NCBI GenBank assembly: GCA_964247055.1
Contig: OZ176051.1
Span: 13,454,001 to 13,518,000 of the forward strand
Source of the DNA: Paragordius varius
Taxonomy: Eukaryota > Animalia > Nematomorpha
Reading direction: 5' to 3'
Length of the DNA: 64,000 nt
The notes below the pieces were generated by a model. The model ran no database searches and was not told the origin of the DNA. It saw only the letters and a list, made by a program, of their open reading frames with translations. Positions 36,301-49,087 of this stretch are shown here, one piece after another; position 1 is the first letter of the stretch; each line of letters begins with the position of its first letter. The position numbers were made by a program, and so were the translations under genes.

Positions 36301-37735
36301 TAAAAAAGATATTTGAATAAAAGATAACACTAAACAACAAAATTTTCTACCACACTGGTTTTTTGCATTTTCTGATAAATACTATCATTTTAAAAGTTTA
36401 TCTGATATACAAATGAACATGCCACTTAAGATTATTGTATAATATGATTTTTTGATTATGCGCCCTTTTTATTAAAATTTTACTAAAAAATGCTTTTCTT
36501 TGAAAATATACAACAAATGCCCTTTTGTAATATATCATTCGAAAGAGTAATAAAAACTCTACAAAATGCATACTAATTTGTTTTACATCGATAGTCAATA
36601 TTGGACAAAGGAGGGGAAAACGCGCAATGAGAGCGTTATTAATTAATATTTTTCAAGAAATAATGGATACAAATAACTTAAACTTTGTCTAGATGGCAAG
36701 ATATGTTTAAAGGACACAAGAAAGTTTTATTGATTAAAACACTTATTTATTGCTTTTATGTCATTCCAAGCAGCTATTTTTAAGTTTTATATTTCTAAAA
36801 TTACCATCTCATCCTCATCAATATTAATTTATTTTCTTTAGGTAGCTTATAATTTCAAAATTTTAAAGACTAGAAATATATTTTAAGGCATTCTTAATCT
36901 TTTCTAGCGATTATGTAATATATATATATATATATATAACTATGCATTTTAGTATCCAATATAATTGTGATAATAATATTTTTTAAAAAAGCAAACCAAA
37001 TTTTTCAAATATTTATTTAATTTTATGCTAATGTAACCCAAATAATTACATTATAATTAATTTTATGATTTTTAAATTAGTTTGTCTATGTCAAACTACG
37101 ATTCGAAAGATACTGTTTTTCGCGCTCAATTGAATGATATAAATACATGGCTCTATATCTAAGACTTTTAATTTTAAAATTTCTTTATTGTTCGCAGCCA
37201 AAAATATCGATAAGCTCTAATAATAAAAATATGTGTTAGACCTTTTACAGATATAATATTTATATACTTTATTGAAATAAATTTTAAATTTACAAGAATG
37301 GCACTTGAAAAAGTTAAAATTCGTCTAATATAATGAATTACATTATATAAATTAGGGTAAAATCTGTTTAAAATCGAATTTGATATGAAAATGGTAAAAA
37401 ATTTTAAATTTTATTATTTCTTCCAAAACTATAGATTATAGGTTAGCTCAGAAATGTGATAAAAAAAATTATTTATATTTTCTTAATCTCAAAAATCTAT
37501 TCATCCAGTTCATAAAATATAACTTTTAAAGTCATTCAATAATTGTATTTAAAAAATATCCTTATTAGTGTGCTCTGAATGAGTAAAAGTAATTTTATTT
37601 GTTTTGATATTTATTATCTAAAATAAAACCGTTTTTGACTGGGAAAACGTTTGATTGACTGGAAAAATGTTGCGATTTACTGGGAAAACTTCTAGATTCA
37701 CTGGGGAAAAGTTTTTTGACTGGGAAATATACGTT
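33375..37735. mobile_element. Foldback element (same family as 14800-15815) expanded by nested insertions
   Basis: Left arm of AAACATTTTCCCAGTCAATCG modules at 33400-33500; internal sequence resumes at 35990 and matches 15100-15300; right arm of GACTGGGAAAACG modules at 37630-37735. Confidence 0.7.
33564..35988 (+). mobile_element. Decayed RTE LINE (APE endonuclease and RT remnants) nested in the foldback
   Basis: LDIKIMGISESH (APE-like), GDPKSFKSYR, GLSQGCVFSFILFN, FHYADDT, IFPSML, RKRGRC; (ACA)n tail at about 35978-35988. Confidence 0.85.
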
Positions 37736-38199
37736 TTTTCTGTTTTAGCATTACATGCATAAGTAATGAATTTATTGAACATTAAATAATCAGTTTATAT
37801 TTTATTATATAACGATTTTTCTGGTCGATTGATAGACATAGAGGCGTTTAAAAAGACAACCAAATATATCACTGAAATTAAGTTAGCGGTTGTATGAAAT
37901 AAACCCATTTTCAGACGCTAATAATTTATGAGGTTGTGTGTATTGCCCGCCAAATTACGATAAAAATTATAAATATGAAAATACTGTTTCTTAATTGTTT
38001 GTGTATATTTTATTGTTTTTTGGAATGAAGAAGTTATTATTATTAAAAAAGATATATTTAACATATGTGAGTAGATGGAATTAACACAAGATAATCTTCC
38101 GGCAAACTAAAGCACTATGAGAATATAAAAGCACTTTTTATCAGAAAATATATATTTCAAGATATATTTTGTGTCACTCTCTAATGTACATTAGCTAAA

Positions 38200-39100
38200 A
38201 AAATACATATAACTATATATATAAAAAATAGGTTGTATGAGTTAATGTATCAGGAATATCTGGTATTTTGGTTTTTTACGAGGGATTTGGGGTAAGTGCT
38301 TCATATGAGAAAATGGCAAAATTTGCCAATTTTTTTATGATAATTTTTTTGGTGAAAAAATGCTTCATTCAAAAAATATCACTAAAATTTATACTACCTA
38401 TAAAAAGCAATATATTTAAAATAAAAATTTTAGATATGGGCTCTAAAAATCCCAAATTTTTCGTTCTTTTAAAATGGGATATTCTCTTCAAAAAACGCAA
38501 AAATACCAGGATTGGGCGATAAAATTTTTAATATATACAAAATTTTGACATAAAAAAAATATTTTTCGATAATTTAATTTTTAGCAAATTCTTGAAGCGT
38601 ATTTCATACTATTTGGAAGCGTGATCGAAAAATATAAAAATTATAAGATATTATAAAGAAACTGTTTCAACATAATTCGACGCTGATATTAAAATGTTCA
38701 TCTTCAAATGTTTGTTAAAAAAATGTATATTTTACAAAAAATCACCAAAATTTTAAAGCAACCCTTAAATTAAAATTGGGAAGCTAATAACCAGCATTTT
38801 GCAATTGAAAAATGTCCTTAAAAGTTATTAACTGTTTCCACGATGCCTCCGTATAAAGTCTTCAAACATATTTTAAAAAATAAATTGAAAAAAATATTTT
38901 TTAAAAAATATTTTTAGCTGATACCAAAATTTAGCTTATATTAAATTTTTTTATCCCGCAAGGCATTTTTGCTTTTATTTAAAGAAAACTAACCCATTTT
39001 AGAAGAACGAAAAAGATTGCGACTTTTCAAGCCCATATTCAAAAATTAAATTTTTTGAAAATAATTCCTTTTTATATGTAGTTTATGATGTGTTGTGATA
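38200..39100. repeat. Interspersed repeat with internal inverted repeats, homologous to about 11500-12300
   Basis: AAATTTTTCG.TCTT.TAAAATGGG..A.TTCTCT at about 38450 and 11755; inverted copy AACCCATTTTAGAAGAACGAAAAA at about 38990. Confidence 0.4.
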
Positions 39101-40494
39101 ATTTTTGGATTAACCATTTAGCTTTCACCCGTATGCTAAATTTAAAATGGATATTGATAAATAATTATTGGAATCCAAAATTCTTTTTTTTACAAATACA
39201 ATCAATTTATTTAATCAAAGTGATATACAGTTAAAATTGAAATTATACGGACAAAACGTAAAATATAAAGACTAATATTTTTTTCAAAAAGACAACCATA
39301 CGTTTTTAATCCTGATATTTTTTAAATATAACTCATTGTTTTAAACTACAAAGTATAATATAAAAATGTAAATTGCTAACACAATCAATTTTATATTACG
39401 ATTGTAAATGTTTATTATAAGATAAATTAAGGTTTTAAAAAGTATGGTATTCTTTTGGAAAAAAATTTGTCTCTTATTTACTTCTAATTTTAATTTTTAC
39501 TGTATTTCGTTGTTTCTTTAAACGCCGGATTTATAATCAATCGAGAGAAAAGTTTGTTATATTTTAAAATATTCTAGTTGCTTTTTGAGTGCACACAAAC
39601 AATTTTTTATGTCATTTTAAAACATGTTTTATTATATTTATACGCTAAAATCTATAAGTACAATTATAAAATAGTTTTTGAATCACCAGAAATAGTAAAA
39701 CCCTGTATGTATGGAAATATAATCCGTAAGTATATTTTTTTTACTTTACGAATCAATATTAATAGTATTGGTTGAAATGTAGATAATATTAACAATCAAT
39801 ATGAAATTTAATATATTTGAATTGTTGCGACCCGAACGAAGGAAAGCAGTTGGTTACTATTTTTGTGTTACAGTAGCTTAATCGTGCATTGTGAGTTCTT
39901 TATATATTACCATAGCACATAAAGCTAAGAGTAATATTATTGGAATATAGATTTTTTTGCTTTTTACACCCTTTTAGCCAATTATAATGCTCTTTGTGCT
40001 TCTAGCAAAGATTAATTAAAACTAGCAATATATATATTTAATCACACAGTATTTTTATTTTTTAAGCTTGAAATTGATTTACAATATAGTAAGTATACAT
40101 TGCTAAAAAGTTATTAATTATTGCCAAATAGCTTATGCAAAGCGAATTATTATTGGCTAATAATAATAAAAAGTGAAAAAAATAACTATAAGCCAATAAT
40201 ACTGCCCTTTGTTGTTGCTATTTGTCAATTAATAACTTTGTAGCAATGTATACTTATTCATACTGTATATACAGTGTAGGTGTCTTTAACCTCCGTAAAA
40301 TAACAATCAGAAGGAAACGTAATTAGTTGAATTAATTATATTTTTAACGCGAAATATATATTTAACAGTTGACTTGCATTAGGAGAGTAAAGTTATTTTT
40401 AGTATTAACAAAAGAGCACCATGTCATTGTAAATTTTATTTATAAGTGAATTATTTTTCTTAAATGCGTTTTCAAGGCTTTTCAAATTTACGGC

Positions 40495-40562
40495 ATTAAT
40501 TGAGGCCAACGATATAATACATCAATAAGCCATTAAAGCTTCCGTTATTTTCATATAAATAG
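40495..40562 (+). promoter_or_regulatory. Putative cofilin B1 core promoter
   Basis: GAGGCCAAC, TAAGCCATT, CCGTT, then TATAAATAG at 40554-40562, about 60 bp upstream of the ATG. Confidence 0.6.
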
Positions 40563-40621
40563 AGGGACTGTAAAAGACCTTTATTTTAAAATTTCTATTA
40601 TTATTCTATATAATATTAAAT

Positions 40622-41029
40622 ATGACGACGATTGATCCAAACTGTAAAATTGTGTTTCAAGAATTTTCAACAAGCCTCCTCTATAAATATGTCCTTTTTG
40701 GAATAACACAGAATAAGATTGTTGTCATGAAGAAAGCATCTGCCACAGCTACATACGATGATTTTTTACGAGATTTGACTGATGTTCAAAACAATAGAGA
40801 TTGTAGATATGCTGTAATGAATTTTGAGTATGTTGACGCTGTTACAAAACAGGCACGTCGGAAAATAGTTTACTATCTTTGGTGTCCGGACACTTCTGAT
40901 ATTCTTAAAAAAATGGTGTATACTTCTTCTAATAACGGACTCAAACAATCCTTTGTTGGGATATCTTTGAGTATTCAAGCTACCGCATTAAGCGACGTTC
41001 AATATAATACGGTATTGAATCAACTATAA
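40622..41029 (+). CDS. ADF/cofilin family protein, type B copy 1 (135 aa, intronless)
   Basis: YKYVLF, YDDFL, DCRYAVMNFEY, RKIVYYLWCPD, KKMVYTSS, IQAT; about 69% identical to type A by hand alignment (92/133). Confidence 0.95.
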   Translation: MTTIDPNCKIVFQEFSTSLLYKYVLFGITQNKIVVMKKASATATYDDFLRDLTDVQNNRDCRYAVMNFEYVDAVTKQARRKIVYYLWCPDTSDILKKMVYTSSNNGLKQSFVGISLSIQATALSDVQYNTVLNQL

Positions 41030-42707
41030 AACAAATGAAAACGTAATGCATCTAAAGTTTATTTAAATATAACTTTTTTTTGCTAAATTAAATTTTAATC
41101 CTTATTATATGCACCTAAAAGTTTTGAATCAATAAATTATTTGTTAATTTATACCGAAATGGATATCACAAAAGATATTATTTTAGCTCTTAAACTATCA
41201 TTTTCGCATGGCGTCTCTATCAATCGTTGTGAATAAATTAAATAATTTTTTAAAATATCAATTATTATCTTATCCCTTTTAGAAACTATGAGACTTATGG
41301 ATCGATATTCTTATTAAATAAGATATAAATGAAAGGTTAACAATCGTTAGTATGTGGCCCATTCTGAAATTACAAAATATATAAATACATTCATGGATTA
41401 TATAAAATATTTATATGATTTTAACAATTTACTTACGATTTCATTAATATTTTTTATAAAAAAGTAACTAGTAAAGCTACGATGCCAAAATTTCGATTGT
41501 CTGGACTACATTAATAGGTTATTTCAAATAAGAAGCTCTAGTAAAAAAATATATTTAAAATTTTAAATAATTATATTGCACCCTTGCGTTACGTGCTTAA
41601 ATTTTAATTCTGAATGAAATCAATTAGTGTTTTTCAACTTTTTTTGTATACGCGCCAGCAAATAAAAAATAGTTTGCTCTATCCTCTAAATATAAATCAA
41701 AAATATTATTATTATTATTATAAAATTATTTATTATCATTATTTGGGATCTGTATTTGTTAAAATATTTATAATTGGAACGAATCTTGATAATTTACACC
41801 TAAAACATTTACCCTTTTTAATAGCCTATAGCTACAAACAGTTCAAATAATTTATCGCCGAAGATTTGTTTAAATGTGAATTAATTTATATTTATCATTA
41901 TATTTATAATATTTTTAGCGAAAAAAGTATTCAGTAGAAATTATAGCATCCGTCAACCGCCCTAAAAGGCTGGTCCTAAAATATTTATTAATTCGTTGTT
42001 TTCTCTATATTTATATTTATAACAACATAAACATCAAATAGCTTTAATATTTTCTTGATATTATTTGTTACATGACCCTTTGTTTTGATCATAACTGGTC
42101 TCTTTATTAATAAATTTGGTTGGGATTTTGAAGCTTTGAGATTCATTATCAGAATAATCGGTAAAAAGAAGCGGGTTCGGGGTTTTTAAAACCGCACGAC
42201 ACAGCGTAAGTATTGGGCGCCTCACCTAATATACTATCAAAAACAGTAAATGGTGAAAAATGATTGAGTTCATTATTTTATATAAACAGAATTATAACAA
42301 TTTACAATTTTTATATATATCTAAAAATATTAGATCAGGATTGTTCAACACTAACTGCTTTACGAGCCGCATCCGAATAGAAACGGGCATAAATAAATAT
42401 TTTTTTGAAATTAAAACATAAGGTAAGAAAAATTGAGAAAACAATATAATTTTCCACGGTTTCCGCATTAACAAAGTACTTAGAAATTTGAGCAATACCA
42501 ATTATACTAAAGATTATATTTGCACCCAAATTTTTTGTGGGCCGCACATATATAATTGCAGGGCCGCATGGTGGTACCCCCAGAATATATGTTTTTTTAA
42601 AATTTGTTTTCTATTAGAGAATCCTAAAAGGTAAAGTGCTATGCAACTTATATTTTCATATGGTAAACAAATTAATTAATCAATAAATGGAGAGATCGCC
42701 TTTTTAA

Positions 42708-42800
42708 ATAATAATATTGTTTATAAAGTTACGTTCTCATGTGATGGTACTTATGTCGGAGAAACAGGTTGCATCATTTTGTAAAGGTTAAAATAGCATA
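42708..42800 (+). pseudogene. GIY-YIG endonuclease fragment (Penelope-like relic)
   Basis: NNIVYKVTFSCDGTYVGETG matches the GIY-YIG core pattern. Confidence 0.6.
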
Positions 42801-43029
42801 TATAATTCATGTGTAATAAATTAAAATCCGGTTTTGCCTAAAAATTATTTTATAACTTTTGATATAGAAAGTTTTTTGGAGCAAGGGCACACAGTAAAAA
42901 AACACATTAGGATATTGAAAACGCTTTTCCTATATAATTCGATGATATGGACAATACTATCTAGGATTTTCGATAATGTTTTTAATTTCAAACTCCTAAT
43001 CATTTTTTGTAAAAACACCTATGATTGAT

Positions 43030-44035
43030 ACGAATACGATACGGATATGACGGATATGATAATATGGAATTATTCATATAAAAATATAAAAAGTGAAACA
43101 CGTGTTACAAAGAAATAATATATATATGTTACATCTCCCCCTTTAGTAAACGTGGCAGAGATGAGCATCGACCAATATATCCATACCCAAATTTCCTGGA
43201 GAACTTTCCCAGGTCCCCCGATCCTAATTTGTTTCATGTATATTAATTAATGGTCTCGGAATTTTCACGGCTCACTTTTAGTCTTTGTAGAAGTTTTAAA
43301 CTTGCTATTGGCTCCCAACCAAAAAAAGTTTATTACAGGCCTTTCCCCGTCCCGGAGACGGTGCTCTCCTGTACGCGATGATTGCCCTACTAAGGGCAAT
43401 GGCCCAACAGACCTACCTGCTTTTACGGTGTTTTCAGTTCTTATGACTCGTAAAAATCCGTTTGACTATGTGTGATAGGGTGGAGTAAATTGGTGGGATT
43501 ACGCTCTTCACAGAATCGTTTGAACTGTCCGAACGCGAGTTGCGGACCGTTGTCTAATCGTTATGGAAAACCGAATTGATTTTATAACCCGGTAAATGCA
43601 TTAATTGTCGTTTCCTTGGTGTTGTCAAAGTTAGCATTTCCAACAGCGCGAATAAGAATTGATGACAACCAAACAAAATTATTTTTCCATCTGTCCAGCT
43701 AAATCGATGTGCACCCTTTCCCAGGTTCGGGATACCGTAGGCCAATTGCTTGTTTCATAGGGGTGGCATCCCGGTTCACTTGACAAGAAATGTTTTTTAA
43801 ATCAGGAAACTTTCTGATACTCTTTGGTTGTTAAATTATGATTGACTTTATTTTTATCATACGGATGAAGACCATATTGATTATCATTCCCAAATATTCA
43901 AGACTCCGTAGCCCGAATTGGACTTGCTCTTTTTCTCCTTAAACCCCACAGAAATTCGCATTTTACAGTTTTATCTTGCTGCCTATCCTTTCCAGCAATG
44001 ATTATATCATCGAAATATACTGCTGTCATCGGCAT
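43030..44035 (-). mobile_element. Ty3/gypsy LTR retrotransposon remnant (RT, integrase, PPT, start of 3' LTR)
   Basis: Minus strand: AVYFDDIIIAG (RT) near 44020, frameshifted integrase remnants (CQVNR..., YRRAPSPG), and polypurine tract AAAGGGGGAGA (43134-43144) directly followed by TGTAACA (43133 downward). Confidence 0.8.
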
Positions 44036-47000
44036 TGGCTTAAATCTTTAATTCTATAAATATATGAGTTTGAAGGATACCGTTTTTTTGCTAAATTTAA
44101 CCTATTTTCTAAAGAAAATCACAAATATATTAATAAAATAATAAATAACTAATTAAATATAAAATTGTCGCTAACAAGTAAGTGTCAAATCAATAAAAAT
44201 AAATTAATAAAATTAAATTATAATTTTGTGGAGAAAATATTTTCTGCAAATATATTTTTTGCATTTTAATTCAGGCGGTAAGTCGACCGTTTGGCGACCC
44301 CTATGTTATACCGTTCTCACCGTGCTTCAAAATGTCAAAAAACATGTTTTACTAAAATTTTCTTATTTTTCAGACAAAATATACATTTTTTGTGAAAAAT
44401 GTTTTTTGATGTCTATATTTAACATATACTTTATAAATCATATCGCGCAATATCTGCATTTTAGCGCTTAAACTAGCCAATTTTAGAAGTCTCTCAGAAT
44501 TTGAATTGGGGACCATATCAAAAATAAAAATATTTACTTTGATTATTTACGATCTATTTTAGTGATATATTTGAATAAAACATTTAGCTTCCGCCAAGAA
44601 ATTTTTAGCAAAAGTGGTTTTAGAAATTCTGTAACATCTATCAAAATGGATATAATCAGGAAAATTTTGTCTGCATTGTGTGTTTAAAGTCAAATAATAT
44701 TTTTTGCAGCATAATAGTAAATTTTTATTCAAATTTGACGCCTACTCCGATTTTCTAGTGTTTCTGCTTTCGTTGTAGTTTTGAGTCGCATTTTGCAACA
44801 TAAATATGGTGTAATTTCCTTAGAATAAGTGATAGAAAATCGAAAAAATAACCACTTATAGTGCGCGTCGACACCTTTCATAAACCTAGTAATCTTGTTT
44901 TGACTAGCTTTTCTCAGATTCCTATCATTGAAAATATTATCAATCCCAATAAAAAAATTTCGATCAAGTCACAGCGATTGGTAAAAAATTTATCTTATAT
45001 AAGAAACATTCAAATCAAAGAGCACATATTAGCAGTGAATTAAAATAAAAAATACTGGCACATTATGCTTACAACTGTACTCATATCATTAACTGGGAAA
45101 CTGAAACAACAGTCGAAGTGTTTACAATTAAGATAGGGTAAGATAATGTATGAAAAACAGAAAATAACGGTATATATGGATTTCGAAAAAAGCCTAATTA
45201 GAAATATAATTATCGGTTAATTTATTTGTAGTTTTGTTTTTTTACTTCAGAGATTATCATCATAATTAAAAATTTATGTTTTTATTGTTATTTTTTTAGG
45301 CAGGAATGCTTGACTAAATAATATTTTTAAATTATTTGCCTATATGTAAATTTATAGATGTTGTAATAAAAAGACCGGATATATAAAATACAAGAAAGAA
45401 CTAAACATATGCTTTAGAGTCAATAATAAATCCATCTCCAAAACAAATTATTATATATATTATTTAACAACATAACTTAATTAACCAAACATAGCTGGGC
45501 AAAAATATGATGAGTGTTTTATAAAATTTAATATTGATTGCCGATCATAACAGGCTACATCGCTTTTTTTAATACAGATAATTGTAACAATTGTCGAAAG
45601 TTGTAATTATTTTAATATAATTTTTAGTTTGGAATAAATTTCACAGTTTTAAATTATTAAATTAATTTGTGGCCGTTTTTGTATAACCTTTTTTTATATC
45701 AATAATCGAGATAAAAGCAAATACCTGTTTCGACGGCCCAAGCATTGGTGAATAGTTAAATTCCTTCTCAATGAATATATCTGATTAATATTTTGCATCA
45801 ATATAAATGTGATTCCAAACCCTCTTATGATAATAATAAATAAGAATATCGCCAGTATATCGAAAAACATCCCTTTGTATCCTAGTTTATTACAAAAAAT
45901 GTATTTTTTAAGAGCTTATACTTCTAATTTGTTATAGTAAGTGTTTGTTATTATTGTCACTTTACGTTACATAGAATTGTATATTATATGCTTTTGAAAC
46001 GATGGGTAATATTTTTTCTAATAATGATTAAAACAATTTATGTTCTGGATCCGAATGCAGACCCTCGTTCGATATGAAAATGCGGCCCGCCAAACCATTT
46101 GTTTCGGACACCCTTGGTTTAGATGTTATATACTTTTTCAACTTATTCTGAGATAAATTTGTTACTTAGTGTCAAAAAAATTACAAATTAATTTTGTTAT
46201 TTTTTACAAATATGACCATACATAAATCTTGAAATTATATATTAAAATAAAAATGATATATATATATATGTATTTTTTCTAGGTCGGATTATAATTGGGT
46301 GTTTTGAATCTTTAAAATTATTTTTACTCTTTTTTTTATTTTTTATAAGTTTCGTAATATAGAAAAATATCGAACTCTGTCACAAATAAATATTTCATAA
46401 TTAGGGTTATTCTAAGATAATCTATTTTTAGGGTGTTTGTTAAGGGCAAATTTGTATTTAAAAATAAATTTGATGTGATGGTGTATCATTTAATAAACAT
46501 GATGTGCCCATAGATATTTTTTACAGAGTTATAATAGGAGGCAGATAACTGCAGAAGCGTTCCACCATCAGATTTTCGAATTATTTTGGAGCCAGTGCTT
46601 ATTTAATGCTTTTTGAAAATTTTTAAATGTAGCAGTTTTGAAAAACTATTTGATTTTGTGATAAATTAAAATCTGAACAATTTATATTCTCGTATACGCA
46701 TTTAACGCTATAAAATCACCTAACAGGAATAATTAAAATTATACAAACAAATTGTAAAAACTAAAAACAAATATTTTTTCTCAAAACAATTATATTTTTA
46801 GGCTGTTTTTTACATTATTTTATCACAAACATTAATCATATGAGCGAGTGTATATTAACAATCAACACATCTACATATTTCGTAACCCATAATGTGAAGT
46901 TTTAAAAATATATCTCTGTATCATTTTTTATTGTAATGATAGTTAATTAGAGAATTCTAAATAAACAACATCTTAAAATGGTTATCTTTTATAAATAATT

Positions 47001-47354
47001 GTTTTTAAATAATTGTTTTTAAATAACTTCTACATAAATAAATTAAAATTTATTTAAAAAATACAATTTTTTCTTATTATTGATAATTCCATTTAAGTTC
47101 AAATATTTTACTCCTTTAATAAATCCTATTTGCATATGAATTATCGATACAATCAATTTCGGTCTACTTTTTTACGTTTTGTGTGTACAATTTTCAATGC
47201 ATCTATAAATTTAACAAATTATTAATTTATTGATGGACAACTGAACAAAATACGCATATAATATATATTTACAATAATAAATAAATTGCGTTGGATATGA
47301 AGGTAGGTGAACTATTTATATTGAAGGGACTAAGTAATAACCAGATATTTCTTT

Positions 47355-47765
47355 TCATTTCTTTAATATTTGATCCAATACCGTTTTATATTGAACGTCA
47401 TTTATCGAACTGGCTTGAATATGTAAAAATATTCCAGTAAAAGATTTTTTAAGAGCATCATTACTTGAAGTATACGCGATTTTTGTGCGGACGTCAGCAG
47501 CGTCTGGACTCCACAGAAAGTAAACTATTTTCCGACTAGCTTGTTTAGTATTAGGATCAACATAATCGAAATTCATAACGGCATATCTACAATCCTTACT
47601 GAGAGCAGTCAAATCTTGTAAAAAATCTTCGTATTTGGCTGTTTGAGCCGCTTTTTTCATAACTACAATCTTGTTTTGTGTTATCCCAAAGATGACATAT
47701 TTATAGAGGAGGCTTGTTGAAAATTCTCGGTACACAACTCCGCAATTGGGATCGATTGTGGCCAT
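47355..47765 (-). CDS. ADF/cofilin family protein, type A copy 3 (136 aa)
   Basis: Protein identical to A2; no nucleotide difference seen. Confidence 0.95.
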   Translation of the reverse strand: MATIDPNCGVVYREFSTSLLYKYVIFGITQNKIVVMKKAAQTAKYEDFLQDLTALSKDCRYAVMNFDYVDPNTKQASRKIVYFLWSPDAADVRTKIAYTSSNDALKKSFTGIFLHIQASSINDVQYKTVLDQILKK

Positions 47766-47957
47766 AGCAATAATAATAGATAAGTGGCTAGAAAGAGAGA
47801 AAGAGAGAAAAAAAATAAATAAAATTAATATACGTTAACCACTCCTATTTATACAAAAACGGCAAATTTGATGGCTTAATTGTTTTTCTAGTAAAGTTAG
47901 TTTGGCCTTTGTACTGCCTCAAAATTTGAATCTTTGTAAATATACGATAACAATTTT

Positions 47958-49087
47958 GGGTGGAGTGAATAAAAAAAAGGAAACCCTTTAAGTGTTTCCT
48001 ATGCTCACTTTTTCAAAGAGAGGGTTTCCTTATAATTCATATAAAAAACACATCTGATTAACTCTCGAGTTTCCTTAAACCATGCCTAAAACCGATATAA
48101 ATGTACCTAAAGAAAAATTCAGACTTCTTCTTGCAAAGTAATATTTAATATTTTAGATATCCCATAATTTTTAACAAATCTATGGTACCGTATATTGTAA
48201 TTCAAAAAAAGAAGCTTATAAAAATCTACAAAATGATTTGTTGACAGAAACAAAGAATTATTATGATATAGATCAGATATAGCGATAGATATGAAAACTT
48301 CGATCAAAAAAATATGATTTAAATAATACAGGAAACGTTGTTATAAAAGATCGCATGAAATCGGAGGAAATATTCCTAAATTCTTAAGATCGCACAGAAT
48401 CGGAAGAATTTTTTAATTATTATGACAATCTAATTCACATTTTATATTAAATAATAAATAGATTAAAGTTTATTTATACATTTTTTTATGATAAAATAAT
48501 AGTTTGTATACAAATTTTCATTTAGCAAACATAACTAAGAAACTGATTGACTTAATATTTTTGAGGCTTGCATATACTAAGAAATGATATTTGTTCGTTA
48601 ATCGAAATCAGGAAAAAGTATTTTGTCATAAAGTTTAATGTTTGATTATTAAATCGTAGATTTTGTTTCATAGATAATTGATTCTCTTATATCTTTTTTG
48701 TTTCTTATCTAAGATCGTTGAGCAAACATTTAGTTTCTACGCTGTATTCCAAATATACTAGAAAAAATGTATAAAAATAACTTTGAAAATTGAAATTTTA
48801 ACTTATCGAATCTAATATCAAAACCGTATTAGCTCTAATTGCCTTGTTTGATCCTCTACTATCGATTGTTATAAAATTTATAAATATATAAGGATGGTAT
48901 TTAGCATCCTAAAAAATATGTAGGGTTTCCTTTAATAAATTTTTTTATTCACTTGAAAACAAGTGTTTCCTTAAAAATCTAATGTTAATTTTTTTAGGGT
49001 TTCCTTAGCTTTTTATTCACTCCAAATTAAGGAATCTCTTAAAAAAGCTAAGGAAAGAGTGTTTCCTTTTTTTTATTCACTCCACCC
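47958..49087. mobile_element. Recent non-autonomous TIR DNA transposon (MITE-like; PIF/Harbinger- or Sola-like ends)
   Basis: TIR GGGTGGAGTGAATAAAAAAAAGGAAAC at both ends; repeated subterminal GTTTCCTT...TTTATTCACT; TTT duplication; absent from unit 1 (empty site near 28225-28232). Confidence 0.9.

Larger units (their letters stand above)
24308..44035 (+). repeat. Unit 1 of a 19,728 bp head-to-tail tandem segmental duplication
   Basis: Sequence from 24308 (TGGCTTAAATC...) recurs from 44036; the ORF track is duplicated at offsets 19728 and then about 20860. Confidence 0.95.

Noticed and set aside
40661-40694. 34 nt identical between type A and B1 but not B2, suggesting A-to-B1 conversion
   Set aside because: The type C pseudogene shares the A/B1 bases at both diagnostic positions, so B2 more simply carries two derived changes.
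40766-40978. Antisense ORF overlapping cofilin B (also 61625-61837)
   Set aside because: A by-product of the sense-strand codon pattern, with no homology or independent signals.
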